From: a virus
Reading direction: 5' to 3' (one strand)
Length of the DNA: 64,000 bases
IMG/VR virus record: IMGVR_UViG_3300017991_000060
Coordinates: 53,866 to 117,865 of that record
The first letter of the stretch is position 1, and each line of letters opens with the position of its first letter. Below, one piece after another: positions 29,313-37,515 of this stretch. A program made the translations under genes and the position numbers. A model generated the notes under the pieces. That model made no database searches. It worked only from the letters and a program-made list of their open reading frames with translations, and was not told the DNA's origin.

Positions 29313-30347
29313 CTACAGCCGGGGGTCGTTCGTGTACCCACCGGCGGGGAAGCCGCTGTACACCTCGTCCACCCGGAAGGGGTCCTCGCCGTGGTAGAAC
29401 CACTTGCAGACGAGCGCGGTCTGGGTGGCGCTCCGAGCCTCGCCCACGAGGGCCATCCGCGTGTCGGCCACGAAGCCCGCGCCGAGGGCCGCGTTGAAGA
29501 GCTCGGGGAGCGCGCCCATCGGGTCCATGAGCTTGCACCCGCCGCCCTTCGACACGAGCGAGGCGAAGGGGTTGAAGGTGTAGGCCGCGACGAAGTTGCC
29601 CGCGAGGGGGCCACCCGAGGAACCCGTCACCGTGACGATGCCGGTGGCGTAGTCGATGGAGCCCTGGACGGCTTCGTTGCCGGCCGTCGTCTCCACGATG
29701 TTCCCCTTGCCATCATCTGCGAAGGTGAGCGCGCCCGCGTTCGTGTTGAACGTGAGGGAGCCGGGGTTCACCCGCCCGAACCCGAGCTGGAACGTCTCGG
29801 GGAAGGCACCGGCGCACGCGATAGTCGTGGCCTGGGCCGGGCTCACGAAGTCGGTGAAGTCGGTGAAGTCGTAGGTCATCATCACGGGCTCGGTCGCCGC
29901 GCCGCCCCAAGTGAAGTCCACGAGGCCGTTCACGTAGTCGATGGAGCCGCGGACGTTCGCGGGGATGCCGTCGTCGTGGAGCACGCCGTTGCCATCATCC
30001 ACGATGTCGGCCAACGCGCCGCCCTCGACGATGCGGACGGTGCCCGCCACCACGGACCGCCACTGAAGCTTCCCGACGTAGCGGTTGCCGCCGACCGCGA
30101 AGGCCGTCAGCCACTCGTTCGTGCGGGTCTTCTGCGACTCGCCGTGACGAAGACGGAGGAGAGCGCATTCCTCGCCCACGTTGTGCGCGTGCACCGCGCT
30201 GACGTAGGAACGAACTCCGTTGGTGGGAACTGCCGGGGCGGCCTGAAGCACCTGCATGTTGCCCTGGGGCGGCACGCCCGTACGGTGCTCATCGTACCGA
30301 TCCCGGTGCTCGACGTACTGAATGCCGTTGAACACGTAGTTCGACAT
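29313..30347 (-). CDS. Putative virion structural protein with two DDGxG/IDYxxG modules
   Basis: VDDGNG...GSIDYVNGLVDF and ADDGKG...GSIDYATGIVTV. Confidence 0.65.
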   Translation of the reverse strand: MSNYVFNGIQYVEHRDRYDEHRTGVPPQGNMQVLQAAPAVPTNGVRSYVSAVHAHNVGEECALLRLRHGESQKTRTNEWLTAFAVGGNRYVGKLQWRSVVAGTVRIVEGGALADIVDDGNGVLHDDGIPANVRGSIDYVNGLVDFTWGGAATEPVMMTYDFTDFTDFVSPAQATTIACAGAFPETFQLGFGRVNPGSLTFNTNAGALTFADDGKGNIVETTAGNEAVQGSIDYATGIVTVTGSSGGPLAGNFVAAYTFNPFASLVSKGGGCKLMDPMGALPELFNAALGAGFVADTRMALVGEARSATQTALVCKWFYHGEDPFRVDEVYSGFPAGGYTNDPRL

Positions 30348-30360
30348 GGATCATTTCCTC

Positions 30361-30693
30361 CTACGCAAGCCCCAGGTCGCCTGGGGCACCGTTGATCTGC
30401 CGTGTCACCGAAACCGACACGTTGACGTTCCCGCCAGCGTGCAGAGCGATGAGCCGCCGGGTCGTAACCACGATCTGCCCGTTGCTCTGACCCGGATTCA
30501 CCGTCGCCGTCGTACCGGCGATGTCCGACCAGTTCACGCCATCGTCGGATTCCTGATAGACGATGGCCGCGGAGGCCACGCCGTCCAGGTTCTCCACCGT
30601 GACGTAGGGAGGGAGGTCGCCGTTGTTCTGGAACTCCACGACACGCGCCGCGATGGCAGGTGCGAGGTAAACAGCTCGTTTCGTGCTCTCCAC
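30361..30693 (-). CDS. Small beta-rich structural protein
   Basis: IVYQESDDGVNWSDI pattern; GTG start after AAGGAG. Confidence 0.6.
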   Translation of the reverse strand: MESTKRAVYLAPAIAARVVEFQNNGDLPPYVTVENLDGVASAAIVYQESDDGVNWSDIAGTTATVNPGQSNGQIVVTTRRLIALHAGGNVNVSVSVTRQINGAPGDLGLA

Positions 30694-30728
30694 GACTCAC
30701 TCCTTCCCCAAAACCCTACCAGAATCTA

Positions 30729-33560
30729 TCAAACGGTTCCAGCGGATGCCACGGACATCATCCGCTCCAGGTGCTCGGCAAGCACCCTGTGCCGAAGCTC
30801 TCCGAATTGCCGAAGGGCCTTGACTGCCTCCATGACAGTATCCTCGCGGACGCTGACCGATCCGTAGGCGTCCAGGGCCTCCACGAGCCGCGCCGGGATG
30901 TCCCTCGGATGCGCGCTCACGGAACGGAGGAGATCCCGGTCGCCGTCGGGCATCTCCAGGGAGAACACCTTGCTCCGAGCCATGCTCTCGGTGAGCCGGA
31001 GCATCTCGTGCACCTCCGCGACCTCGCGCGACGTGAGCCCAATGTCGGAGGTCTTCAACCGGATGTCCTCAGCCACCGTGATGTAGTTCTCGCCGCCGAG
31101 GATGCGGCCGGGGATATCGGTGCCGGCGAGGCGGCCGACCGCGGCGCGGACGGACTCCGAAGCGGCCGGTGGCGTCTCCGCGGGGGGCGGCGTCTCGGGC
31201 TTCTGCTCACCGGCCGGTACCTGGTTGCCGGGGTTGTCCGTAGGCGGGGCGGCCTCGGCCTCTCCGTTCTCGCCCTCCATGCCCTGGTGCTCCTCGCCAC
31301 CCTTGCCGCCGTTCTCGCCCTTGAACTGGTCGTTCGCCTTGTCGAGTGCCTCGGCGGCTGCCTTCACGTCATCGTTGAACCCGGCGACCTGGCCGCGGAG
31401 CTTCGTCACGGCCTTCGCGGCCTTCTTCGCCCCTACCGACTGGAGGAGCGATTCGAGGCGGACGAGCGAGTCCGTGGTGAGAGCGAAGGACGCCTGGCGG
31501 AGCTGCTTCAGCGCGGCGGCGGCATCCGCGAAGCCCTTGGCCGCCGCTTCACCCTCGGCCTCCTGGCCCACGTCAAGCTGCTCGGCCAACTCCGCCAAAC
31601 CACCCTGGATCCCCAGCTCTTGCTCGTGGTCCCTGGCGTATTGGACAGAGAGCCAGACGCGGAGCTCCTTCGGGAACATATCTCGGACGCTGCCGCCGAA
31701 CTCCTTCGCGTACTTCCTGGCTCCGGCGTCGATGAGGTACTGCCAGAGCTTCGGGGCCTTGGTCGGGTCGTAGCGGCCGGACTTCATCTTGCGGGCGATG
31801 TTCTGCTCGATGGACCGGCGCTGCCGGTACAGCTCGCGGTCGTTGTCGATGTAGAGCTCCAACTCCCGCGCGGCCGTCTCGTCCACGGCCTCGGACAGAG
31901 AGCCACCCTTCTCCAGATGGGCGATCATCTTCTTCACGATCTCGTCGGTGCGCTTCTTCGGGAGCTGCGCGAACCGGAGGAACTGATCCATCGAGATCCC
32001 GAGCGGCTCCAGCATCCCGGTGGAGAGCTGGCCGGTGGCCTTCAGCTTCGCCAGCGCGTCGGCCTTGGTCATCTTCTTCCTACGACCCTCGGCCATCGTC
32101 TTGCGCCGGTTGATCTCCTTCTGGATGGTGGCGAGGTCATCCAAGTACCATGCCTCGGCGGTGGGGTCGTGCCCCTGCATCGCCTTGGCGGCCTCATGGG
32201 CATCCCCCAGGGCGAAGTGGAGCTGGTCCATCGACATCTGGGCGTACTGCTGCTCCTTCTTGCGGAACGGGTAAGCCCCCTTCGTGCTAGCCCCCCCGAG
32301 CACTTCGTCGAGGGACACCTCACCGCGGAGAAGGCGCGCGGCCACAGACTCCTTCTTTGGCGCGGGTGCGGCGGGGGCGGCCGGAGCGGGCGGGGCCGGG
32401 GGCTTCTCCTCCTCCTCCCCCTCCTCGGGCTTCTCCTCGGGGGTAGGCGGGGCCTCGGGCTCCTTCGGCTCCTCGGGTCCCTCCTCTTCGGGTTCCTCCT
32501 CGGGCTTCTCGGGTTCCTCCTCGGGCTTGCGCTCCTCGGGCTTCCCGCCGGTGGTGCCCTGCTCCACCTGGGTAGCGAGGTTGTGGAGGAGCTTCGCGAG
32601 GGCTTGCTTCAGGACCGGCTCGGGTACCGTCGTGCCGTCGCTCAGCTTCACCTCGCCGTGCGTGGTGCCGCCCTCTTCGCCCTTCGGGACCTCGGTGGGC
32701 TCCTCGCGCTCCTTCGAGGGCTCGCTCTTGCTGGCGGCCGGGCTACCCGGCTGATCCTCGGGGCGCTCGTTCGAGACTCCGCGCTCCGCCTCCGCGCCGC
32801 CCTCGGCACCGGCCTCGGCCTCCCCTCCGGGGCGGACAGCATCATCCTGCTCCTGGAGCCCGAGACGACGCGCCGCCCAGGCCGGGATCATGTTCTGCTC
32901 GTGGAGGGCAGCCACCAAGTCGGCATCGACGCCGCCGATGCGCTTCCGCGGCACGGCGAGGCGCGCGATGCGGCCGGTGAACGACTCCTCGGGACCGGCG
33001 GTGCCCAGTACCCCTTCGTGAAGGCCCCTACGGGAGCGCATCACGAGGGCCTCTGCGATCCGATCCCACGCGATTCCGGCACGGCGCATGTCCTGGGGGA
33101 GCGCCGTGTCGATCCAGGCAAAGGCTTCCATGAGCGGATTCTCGGCCTTCACCCCATTGCAGATGTCCGCAAGATCGTCCAGGCCGACGTACTCGCCGCC
33201 GTGCGGTGCGGTGAACGACTCGCGGACCGCTTCGCCGTGCACGTTCACCACGTTCTCCGCGAACATCTCCCGGCCCTCGGCGGGAACGTGGTCATAGAAC
33301 CGCTTGGCGTCCGCCGCGGAGTCGAAGATGTAGGTTTCCCCGAGCGGGGAAAGCGGCTCGAACGTCCCGGCGGCCTGGAGGACCGCGAACAGCTCGTCAT
33401 CCTCCAGGGATTCCAGGGTGTCGATGACGGCCCGGCCACGCGGGCTAGCCTCCAACGCCGTACGGACGCTATCCCAGCACCAGAGCGTAGAGGGAGAAAC
33501 CTCCTCGGTGCTCTCCGCGAGCGCGCAGAACGTCTTGATGGCGAGTTCCAAACCCTTCAT
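30729..33560 (-). CDS. Large multidomain protein, putative internal head protein
   Basis: 943 aa; Pro/Glu linkers separate small domains (e.g. ARELELYIDNDRELYRQ...); many LxE motifs. Confidence 0.65.
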   Translation of the reverse strand: MKGLELAIKTFCALAESTEEVSPSTLWCWDSVRTALEASPRGRAVIDTLESLEDDELFAVLQAAGTFEPLSPLGETYIFDSAADAKRFYDHVPAEGREMFAENVVNVHGEAVRESFTAPHGGEYVGLDDLADICNGVKAENPLMEAFAWIDTALPQDMRRAGIAWDRIAEALVMRSRRGLHEGVLGTAGPEESFTGRIARLAVPRKRIGGVDADLVAALHEQNMIPAWAARRLGLQEQDDAVRPGGEAEAGAEGGAEAERGVSNERPEDQPGSPAASKSEPSKEREEPTEVPKGEEGGTTHGEVKLSDGTTVPEPVLKQALAKLLHNLATQVEQGTTGGKPEERKPEEEPEKPEEEPEEEGPEEPKEPEAPPTPEEKPEEGEEEEKPPAPPAPAAPAAPAPKKESVAARLLRGEVSLDEVLGGASTKGAYPFRKKEQQYAQMSMDQLHFALGDAHEAAKAMQGHDPTAEAWYLDDLATIQKEINRRKTMAEGRRKKMTKADALAKLKATGQLSTGMLEPLGISMDQFLRFAQLPKKRTDEIVKKMIAHLEKGGSLSEAVDETAARELELYIDNDRELYRQRRSIEQNIARKMKSGRYDPTKAPKLWQYLIDAGARKYAKEFGGSVRDMFPKELRVWLSVQYARDHEQELGIQGGLAELAEQLDVGQEAEGEAAAKGFADAAAALKQLRQASFALTTDSLVRLESLLQSVGAKKAAKAVTKLRGQVAGFNDDVKAAAEALDKANDQFKGENGGKGGEEHQGMEGENGEAEAAPPTDNPGNQVPAGEQKPETPPPAETPPAASESVRAAVGRLAGTDIPGRILGGENYITVAEDIRLKTSDIGLTSREVAEVHEMLRLTESMARSKVFSLEMPDGDRDLLRSVSAHPRDIPARLVEALDAYGSVSVREDTVMEAVKALRQFGELRHRVLAEHLERMMSVASAGTV

Positions 33561-33572
33561 GGTTCCCTCTCT

Positions 33573-36377
33573 CTACAGTACCTCGTACACGCCCCTGTTC
33601 GGGGTCGCTCGGGCCAGCCGAGTCTCGATCATACCTCGCGCCGCGTCGGCGCTGTCAGCACGAACGAGAAACAAGGTGCCCTCGTCGCGCCCGGCTGCTT
33701 CGGTGAGGCTCTCCAAGAGCGCAGGGGAACCCCCTACGACGCCCCGGAACGTGGGCAACCGCTCCTCCGGGGAGGACCACATCATCACGCACTCGCCCAC
33801 CGACTTCACCGACTTCACCAACTTCTCCACGTCCAGCGTGGTGGCGATCTGATCCACCGAAGTGATGGCGGGCTTCACCATCGTCTGCGGGGCGGGCGCG
33901 CCTGGCACCGGGTCCGGGGTGACGGACCACACCTCGGGATTCGGCGCGAGAGCGCCCCCTTCGCCCTGGCTGTAGGGCGCGAAAATCACCCACCAGTCCG
34001 CGGACGGGTCCGCGGGGTTCCCCACGAGCTGGGCGTTCGGGTTCGCCTGGCCCACCGCAGCCATCACCTCATCGAGCTCCGGCCGCGTGAGGGACGGATC
34101 AATGAAGAGGTAGATGGCTCCATCATCGCTGAACTCCACATCCTGTAACACGTCCACCGAGTCGATAGCGATGAGCTTGCGGAGGATGTCATCGAAGGCG
34201 TCATCCATCGTACGGATGTCCGAGGACTCCGTGAGATCGTCCGGCTTGACCTCCGGGAACTGCGACGGCCTGTAGCGCATCTTCAGGAACTTCTTGGGCT
34301 CTCCCCAGTTGATGAAGGACCGACCGTTCCAGTGCCAGACCTTCCCGTTGTAGAGCCACAGCGAGGCGCGCTGATTCATGGTATCGCGGCTGAGGCGCGT
34401 GCCCTTGTCCCAAATGTCGTCAGCACTCGCCTCCGTCATTGGCCCCCGGTTATAACGGCCAAGGTCGCTATGCATCTTCCGACCCTCCCTAGAGCGGTGC
34501 CACTCCTTCGCCTTCGCGATCCGCTGGGCTTGGCCGCGCTTCGCGTTCCGTTGGTTCTGGAGGGACATTTCGATGTCCTTCCTGGGCTTCCGCTTCTTCC
34601 TCTTGCGAATCTCGAACCTGTACGACCCATGGGCACGCGTTGGGCCGTCGCCCGGCTCCGGGGGTCGGTCGAGGACCTTCCGCCTACTACGCTCGGTCAA
34701 GACTGGCTCCGGCTTGTCCTTCACCCGATGGAACGGGGGCTTCGCCACCTTGGAAGTACGGAACTGGACGATGTTGATCCCGCCGGAGTACTTGTGCTCG
34801 CCGCCCATGCGGAGCTTCTTCTGGCGGTGCCCGGTGATGTGTAGCATCTGGCCGCGCTGCCACGCTGGCTTATCGTTCTTCGCGAAGTCCGGGTTGTCCG
34901 GCGCGGACCAGTCAATATGCATCTCGACGGTGTAGGGCTCCCCAAGCATCTTCGTCGAGAAGTTATCCGACACCATCAGCTTGTCCAAAGCCTTCACATC
35001 GCGCGCCCTCGCGGCGTCGATGATGCCTTGCTCTACGCCCTTGTCCTTCGGCTTCATGAACAAGGTCTTGGCGACCTCCGTCCGGTTGAAGTAGGCGCGC
35101 ACGGCGCGCTCCGCCCTGGCGTCCGCCAGCTCCTTCGTGAGCCTCCCGGCCTTGAACCGCTCCGCGATGTTCCTGAACGCCTTGTAGATTTCCCTGGACG
35201 CCAGAAGGAACCTGGCCGTGTTCACCTTCAGATTCACGTCCTCGTCGTGGAGGAGGCGCATCCACGGCGTCCCATCCTGAACGGGCCGGATGTCCCACAC
35301 AGCGCCCTCAACGCCGGTCACGCCGGACTCCTCGAACTTCATCCCGAGGGTCATGCACGCCAACTTAAACGCCGTCTCGTACGCCTTGCCGCGGCGGCCG
35401 GTGTCCGTCGTCTTCGCTTCACCGAGGGGTCGCCACATGATCCCGGTGTTCTGGTCGTAGGTCCCAATCTCGACCTCGACGCCATGCCGCTCTCCAATGG
35501 CGCGGAGCTTCTCCTGGGCCGGGGTGTGAACGGGTACGACGAGGCCGGTATTGCCGCACGGGAGCGGCGTTCCCTGAATGAGCGCACCCTTCAAAGCGTA
35601 CTCATTCACCCACGAACGGAGGTCCTCCATGAACGCCTCGGGGGCGTCCGGCCCTACGCGCCCTTGAACCGTGCCAGCCGAAGTCTCGGTGAGCACCGGC
35701 ACCCTGAAGTCGTCGGCCATCATCTGGATCTGCTCACGCTCACGGGCTCCGCTGTACTCGACCGTAACCAAGGGCTCATCGTCGTCCATGTAGTAGGGGA
35801 AATCCGTGCGGTCGAGGACCTCCGCGAAGTCCTCCGCGCTCCCCCACTCGGGGAACTTGAGCGTGACGGTTCCAGTGCGCTCATCGAGATCGGCCCAGCC
35901 GTCACGATCCCATCCGCCGTCCTCAACGAGATCGGCCCGCGGGTCAAACCCAAGGGCGCCCTCCGGCGCGTCGGACCAAGTGAATCGGAGGCCATCTCCA
36001 TCCTCCTCGAACAGAAGGACTGGCTCGTAGGGGCTCTCAACGCGGAAGTACGTACCGCCGCGCTCCTCCAAGAACATCCGGAAGGCGGACATGCCGCCAG
36101 GGAACACCTCCTCGACCGCCGCCATCGGGATCACGCCGCCCTGGGCGACATCAAGTAGAGCCTGAATGCGCGGGATGCGTGACTCGCACACCGACCCTCG
36201 GGAGGTTTCGCCACGCACGTCCTTCAACCTGCCCCCGCATCCAGGGCACTTGGCCGGGTACCGGCCGCCGTACTTCGGGATGCCACGACCGCACTTCTGA
36301 CAGAGCTTAACGGGCGACTTCCCCCTCATCATCGCGTTCGCCATACCCGCGGTGACGGTGACTCGGTTCCTGGACAT
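33573..36377 (-). CDS. Large multidomain protein, putative internal head protein with N-terminal Zn ribbon
   Basis: ATG 36377 next to the upstream stop; CQKC...CPGC at the N-terminus; several xTE motifs; possible nuclease-like segment. Confidence 0.65.
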   Translation of the reverse strand: MSRNRVTVTAGMANAMMRGKSPVKLCQKCGRGIPKYGGRYPAKCPGCGGRLKDVRGETSRGSVCESRIPRIQALLDVAQGGVIPMAAVEEVFPGGMSAFRMFLEERGGTYFRVESPYEPVLLFEEDGDGLRFTWSDAPEGALGFDPRADLVEDGGWDRDGWADLDERTGTVTLKFPEWGSAEDFAEVLDRTDFPYYMDDDEPLVTVEYSGAREREQIQMMADDFRVPVLTETSAGTVQGRVGPDAPEAFMEDLRSWVNEYALKGALIQGTPLPCGNTGLVVPVHTPAQEKLRAIGERHGVEVEIGTYDQNTGIMWRPLGEAKTTDTGRRGKAYETAFKLACMTLGMKFEESGVTGVEGAVWDIRPVQDGTPWMRLLHDEDVNLKVNTARFLLASREIYKAFRNIAERFKAGRLTKELADARAERAVRAYFNRTEVAKTLFMKPKDKGVEQGIIDAARARDVKALDKLMVSDNFSTKMLGEPYTVEMHIDWSAPDNPDFAKNDKPAWQRGQMLHITGHRQKKLRMGGEHKYSGGINIVQFRTSKVAKPPFHRVKDKPEPVLTERSRRKVLDRPPEPGDGPTRAHGSYRFEIRKRKKRKPRKDIEMSLQNQRNAKRGQAQRIAKAKEWHRSREGRKMHSDLGRYNRGPMTEASADDIWDKGTRLSRDTMNQRASLWLYNGKVWHWNGRSFINWGEPKKFLKMRYRPSQFPEVKPDDLTESSDIRTMDDAFDDILRKLIAIDSVDVLQDVEFSDDGAIYLFIDPSLTRPELDEVMAAVGQANPNAQLVGNPADPSADWWVIFAPYSQGEGGALAPNPEVWSVTPDPVPGAPAPQTMVKPAITSVDQIATTLDVEKLVKSVKSVGECVMMWSSPEERLPTFRGVVGGSPALLESLTEAAGRDEGTLFLVRADSADAARGMIETRLARATPNRGVYEVL

Positions 36378-36379
36378 CC

Positions 36380-37297
36380 CTACACCACCTCTTCGATCTC
36401 GCCTCCCCAGGGGGTGAGCGCCATGTCGAGCCAACGGATGCGCTCCGAGAGGCACATGTACGCCGCCTCGTTGCACGGGATCTCCGCCGTCACGATGCGG
36501 TCGTCACGGGTCATCCCTACGACCGCTCCGGCCTCCTGGGCACGCTCGACCAACCCGGCCCACGCCGACTCCGAGATCGAGCTCTCAACAGAGAAGGTCG
36601 CGGTACGCCGGTGGTCGCCTGGGGGGCCGAGGATGGGGATCGGCGCGAACTCATCGATGACCTCGCGGGGGAACGCCACGCCGACCTCGGCGCGGACCTG
36701 ACCGTCGCCTACCGACTCCGCCGTCACCCGGACCAAGCCTGTGGTGGCGGAGAGGGCGTCTCGGAGGTACCGCTTCGTGCGCTCGGGATCATCTCCGTCG
36801 CCCTCGACCACCGCGCGGAGGAACGGGAGAGGCCGTCCGAAGGCGTCCATCACGTTCGGACGCGGCCAAGCGTTGTAGGAGGACCTGGGATTGCCGAGGC
36901 CGGACGCGCGCTCGGCCAGATGAATGAGCGAATGGAAGCCGCTCGCCACCGACTCAGTGATGGACATCTTCCCGTCGCTCGGGAGGTCCGGCCGCGCCGC
37001 TTCCGCCTCACTCACCTGGAGCGCAGCGCGTTCGGCCAGCGGGTCACGCTCGTACCCGCGGCGGCGGAGGGCTCCCTCGATGGAGGCCGTCACGCGAGCC
37101 GGGTGAGAACGTAGGGTCCACCTGGTCACGCCATCGCCCTCGATGGTGCCCTCGGCCAGACGGTCCAGGACCGTCAACGCGGCGTCGAGGGCCTCTTCCT
37201 CGATGCCATGGTCGATGGTCACGATCTCGTCGGGTCCGGTGCAGGCAACCGCAAGAGCACCATAGGCCGGGCCGCGGAAAAGTGTGGCGTCTCCCAT
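36380..37297 (-). CDS. Hypothetical protein (putative head-associated)
   Basis: 305 aa, AAGGAG SD; ITE/S and ISE/S motifs. Confidence 0.7.
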   Translation of the reverse strand: MGDATLFRGPAYGALAVACTGPDEIVTIDHGIEEEALDAALTVLDRLAEGTIEGDGVTRWTLRSHPARVTASIEGALRRRGYERDPLAERAALQVSEAEAARPDLPSDGKMSITESVASGFHSLIHLAERASGLGNPRSSYNAWPRPNVMDAFGRPLPFLRAVVEGDGDDPERTKRYLRDALSATTGLVRVTAESVGDGQVRAEVGVAFPREVIDEFAPIPILGPPGDHRRTATFSVESSISESAWAGLVERAQEAGAVVGMTRDDRIVTAEIPCNEAAYMCLSERIRWLDMALTPWGGEIEEVV

Positions 37298-37470
37298 GTC
37301 GGACTCCTTGTAAGGCGGTCGCCGGTAACGGACCGTAGGAGGCGGAGTCCAGGGTTCGCCACCGGACGACCATGTCCTTCAGCTCGGCACCGTATCTCCG
37401 CCGAGCTCTTCGCGGGCCAGTATACCGAACCGGCCCAGCGGCGTCACGCGAGCCGGGTGGGAACGTAGGG
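37088..37470. repeat. 29-bp direct repeat with one mismatch
   Basis: CGTCACGCGAGCCGGGTGAGAACGTAGGG (37088-37116) versus CGTCACGCGAGCCGGGTGGGAACGTAGGG (37442-37470). Confidence 0.9.
37301..37371 (-). promoter_or_regulatory. Pseudoknotted leader RNA sequestering the RBS of the 36380-37297 gene (HDV-like topology)
   Basis: Helix 37371-37357 with 37330-37317; GGACUCC (37350-37344) pairs perfectly with GGAGUCC (37307-37301), which contains the SD; inner hairpin GCC-UCCUAC-GGU. Confidence 0.6.
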
Positions 37471-37501
37471 CACAGGCCACGTCTTCGATGTTCTTCGCCA
37501 T
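37379..37501 (-). CDS. Candidate 40-aa leader peptide (uORF)
   Basis: MAKNIEDVACALRSHPARVTPLGRFGILAREELGGDTVPS; GAGGGG upstream; shares LRSHPARVT with the downstream gene. Confidence 0.4.
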   Translation of the reverse strand: MAKNIEDVACALRSHPARVTPLGRFGILAREELGGDTVPS

Positions 37502-37515
37502 TATGCGTCGTCCCC

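Noticed and set aside
37088-37470. Diversity-generating retroelement TR/VR pair next to the tail fibre
   Set aside because: Only 29 bp with one mismatch, neither copy lies in the fibre C-terminus, and no reverse transcriptase is in the window.
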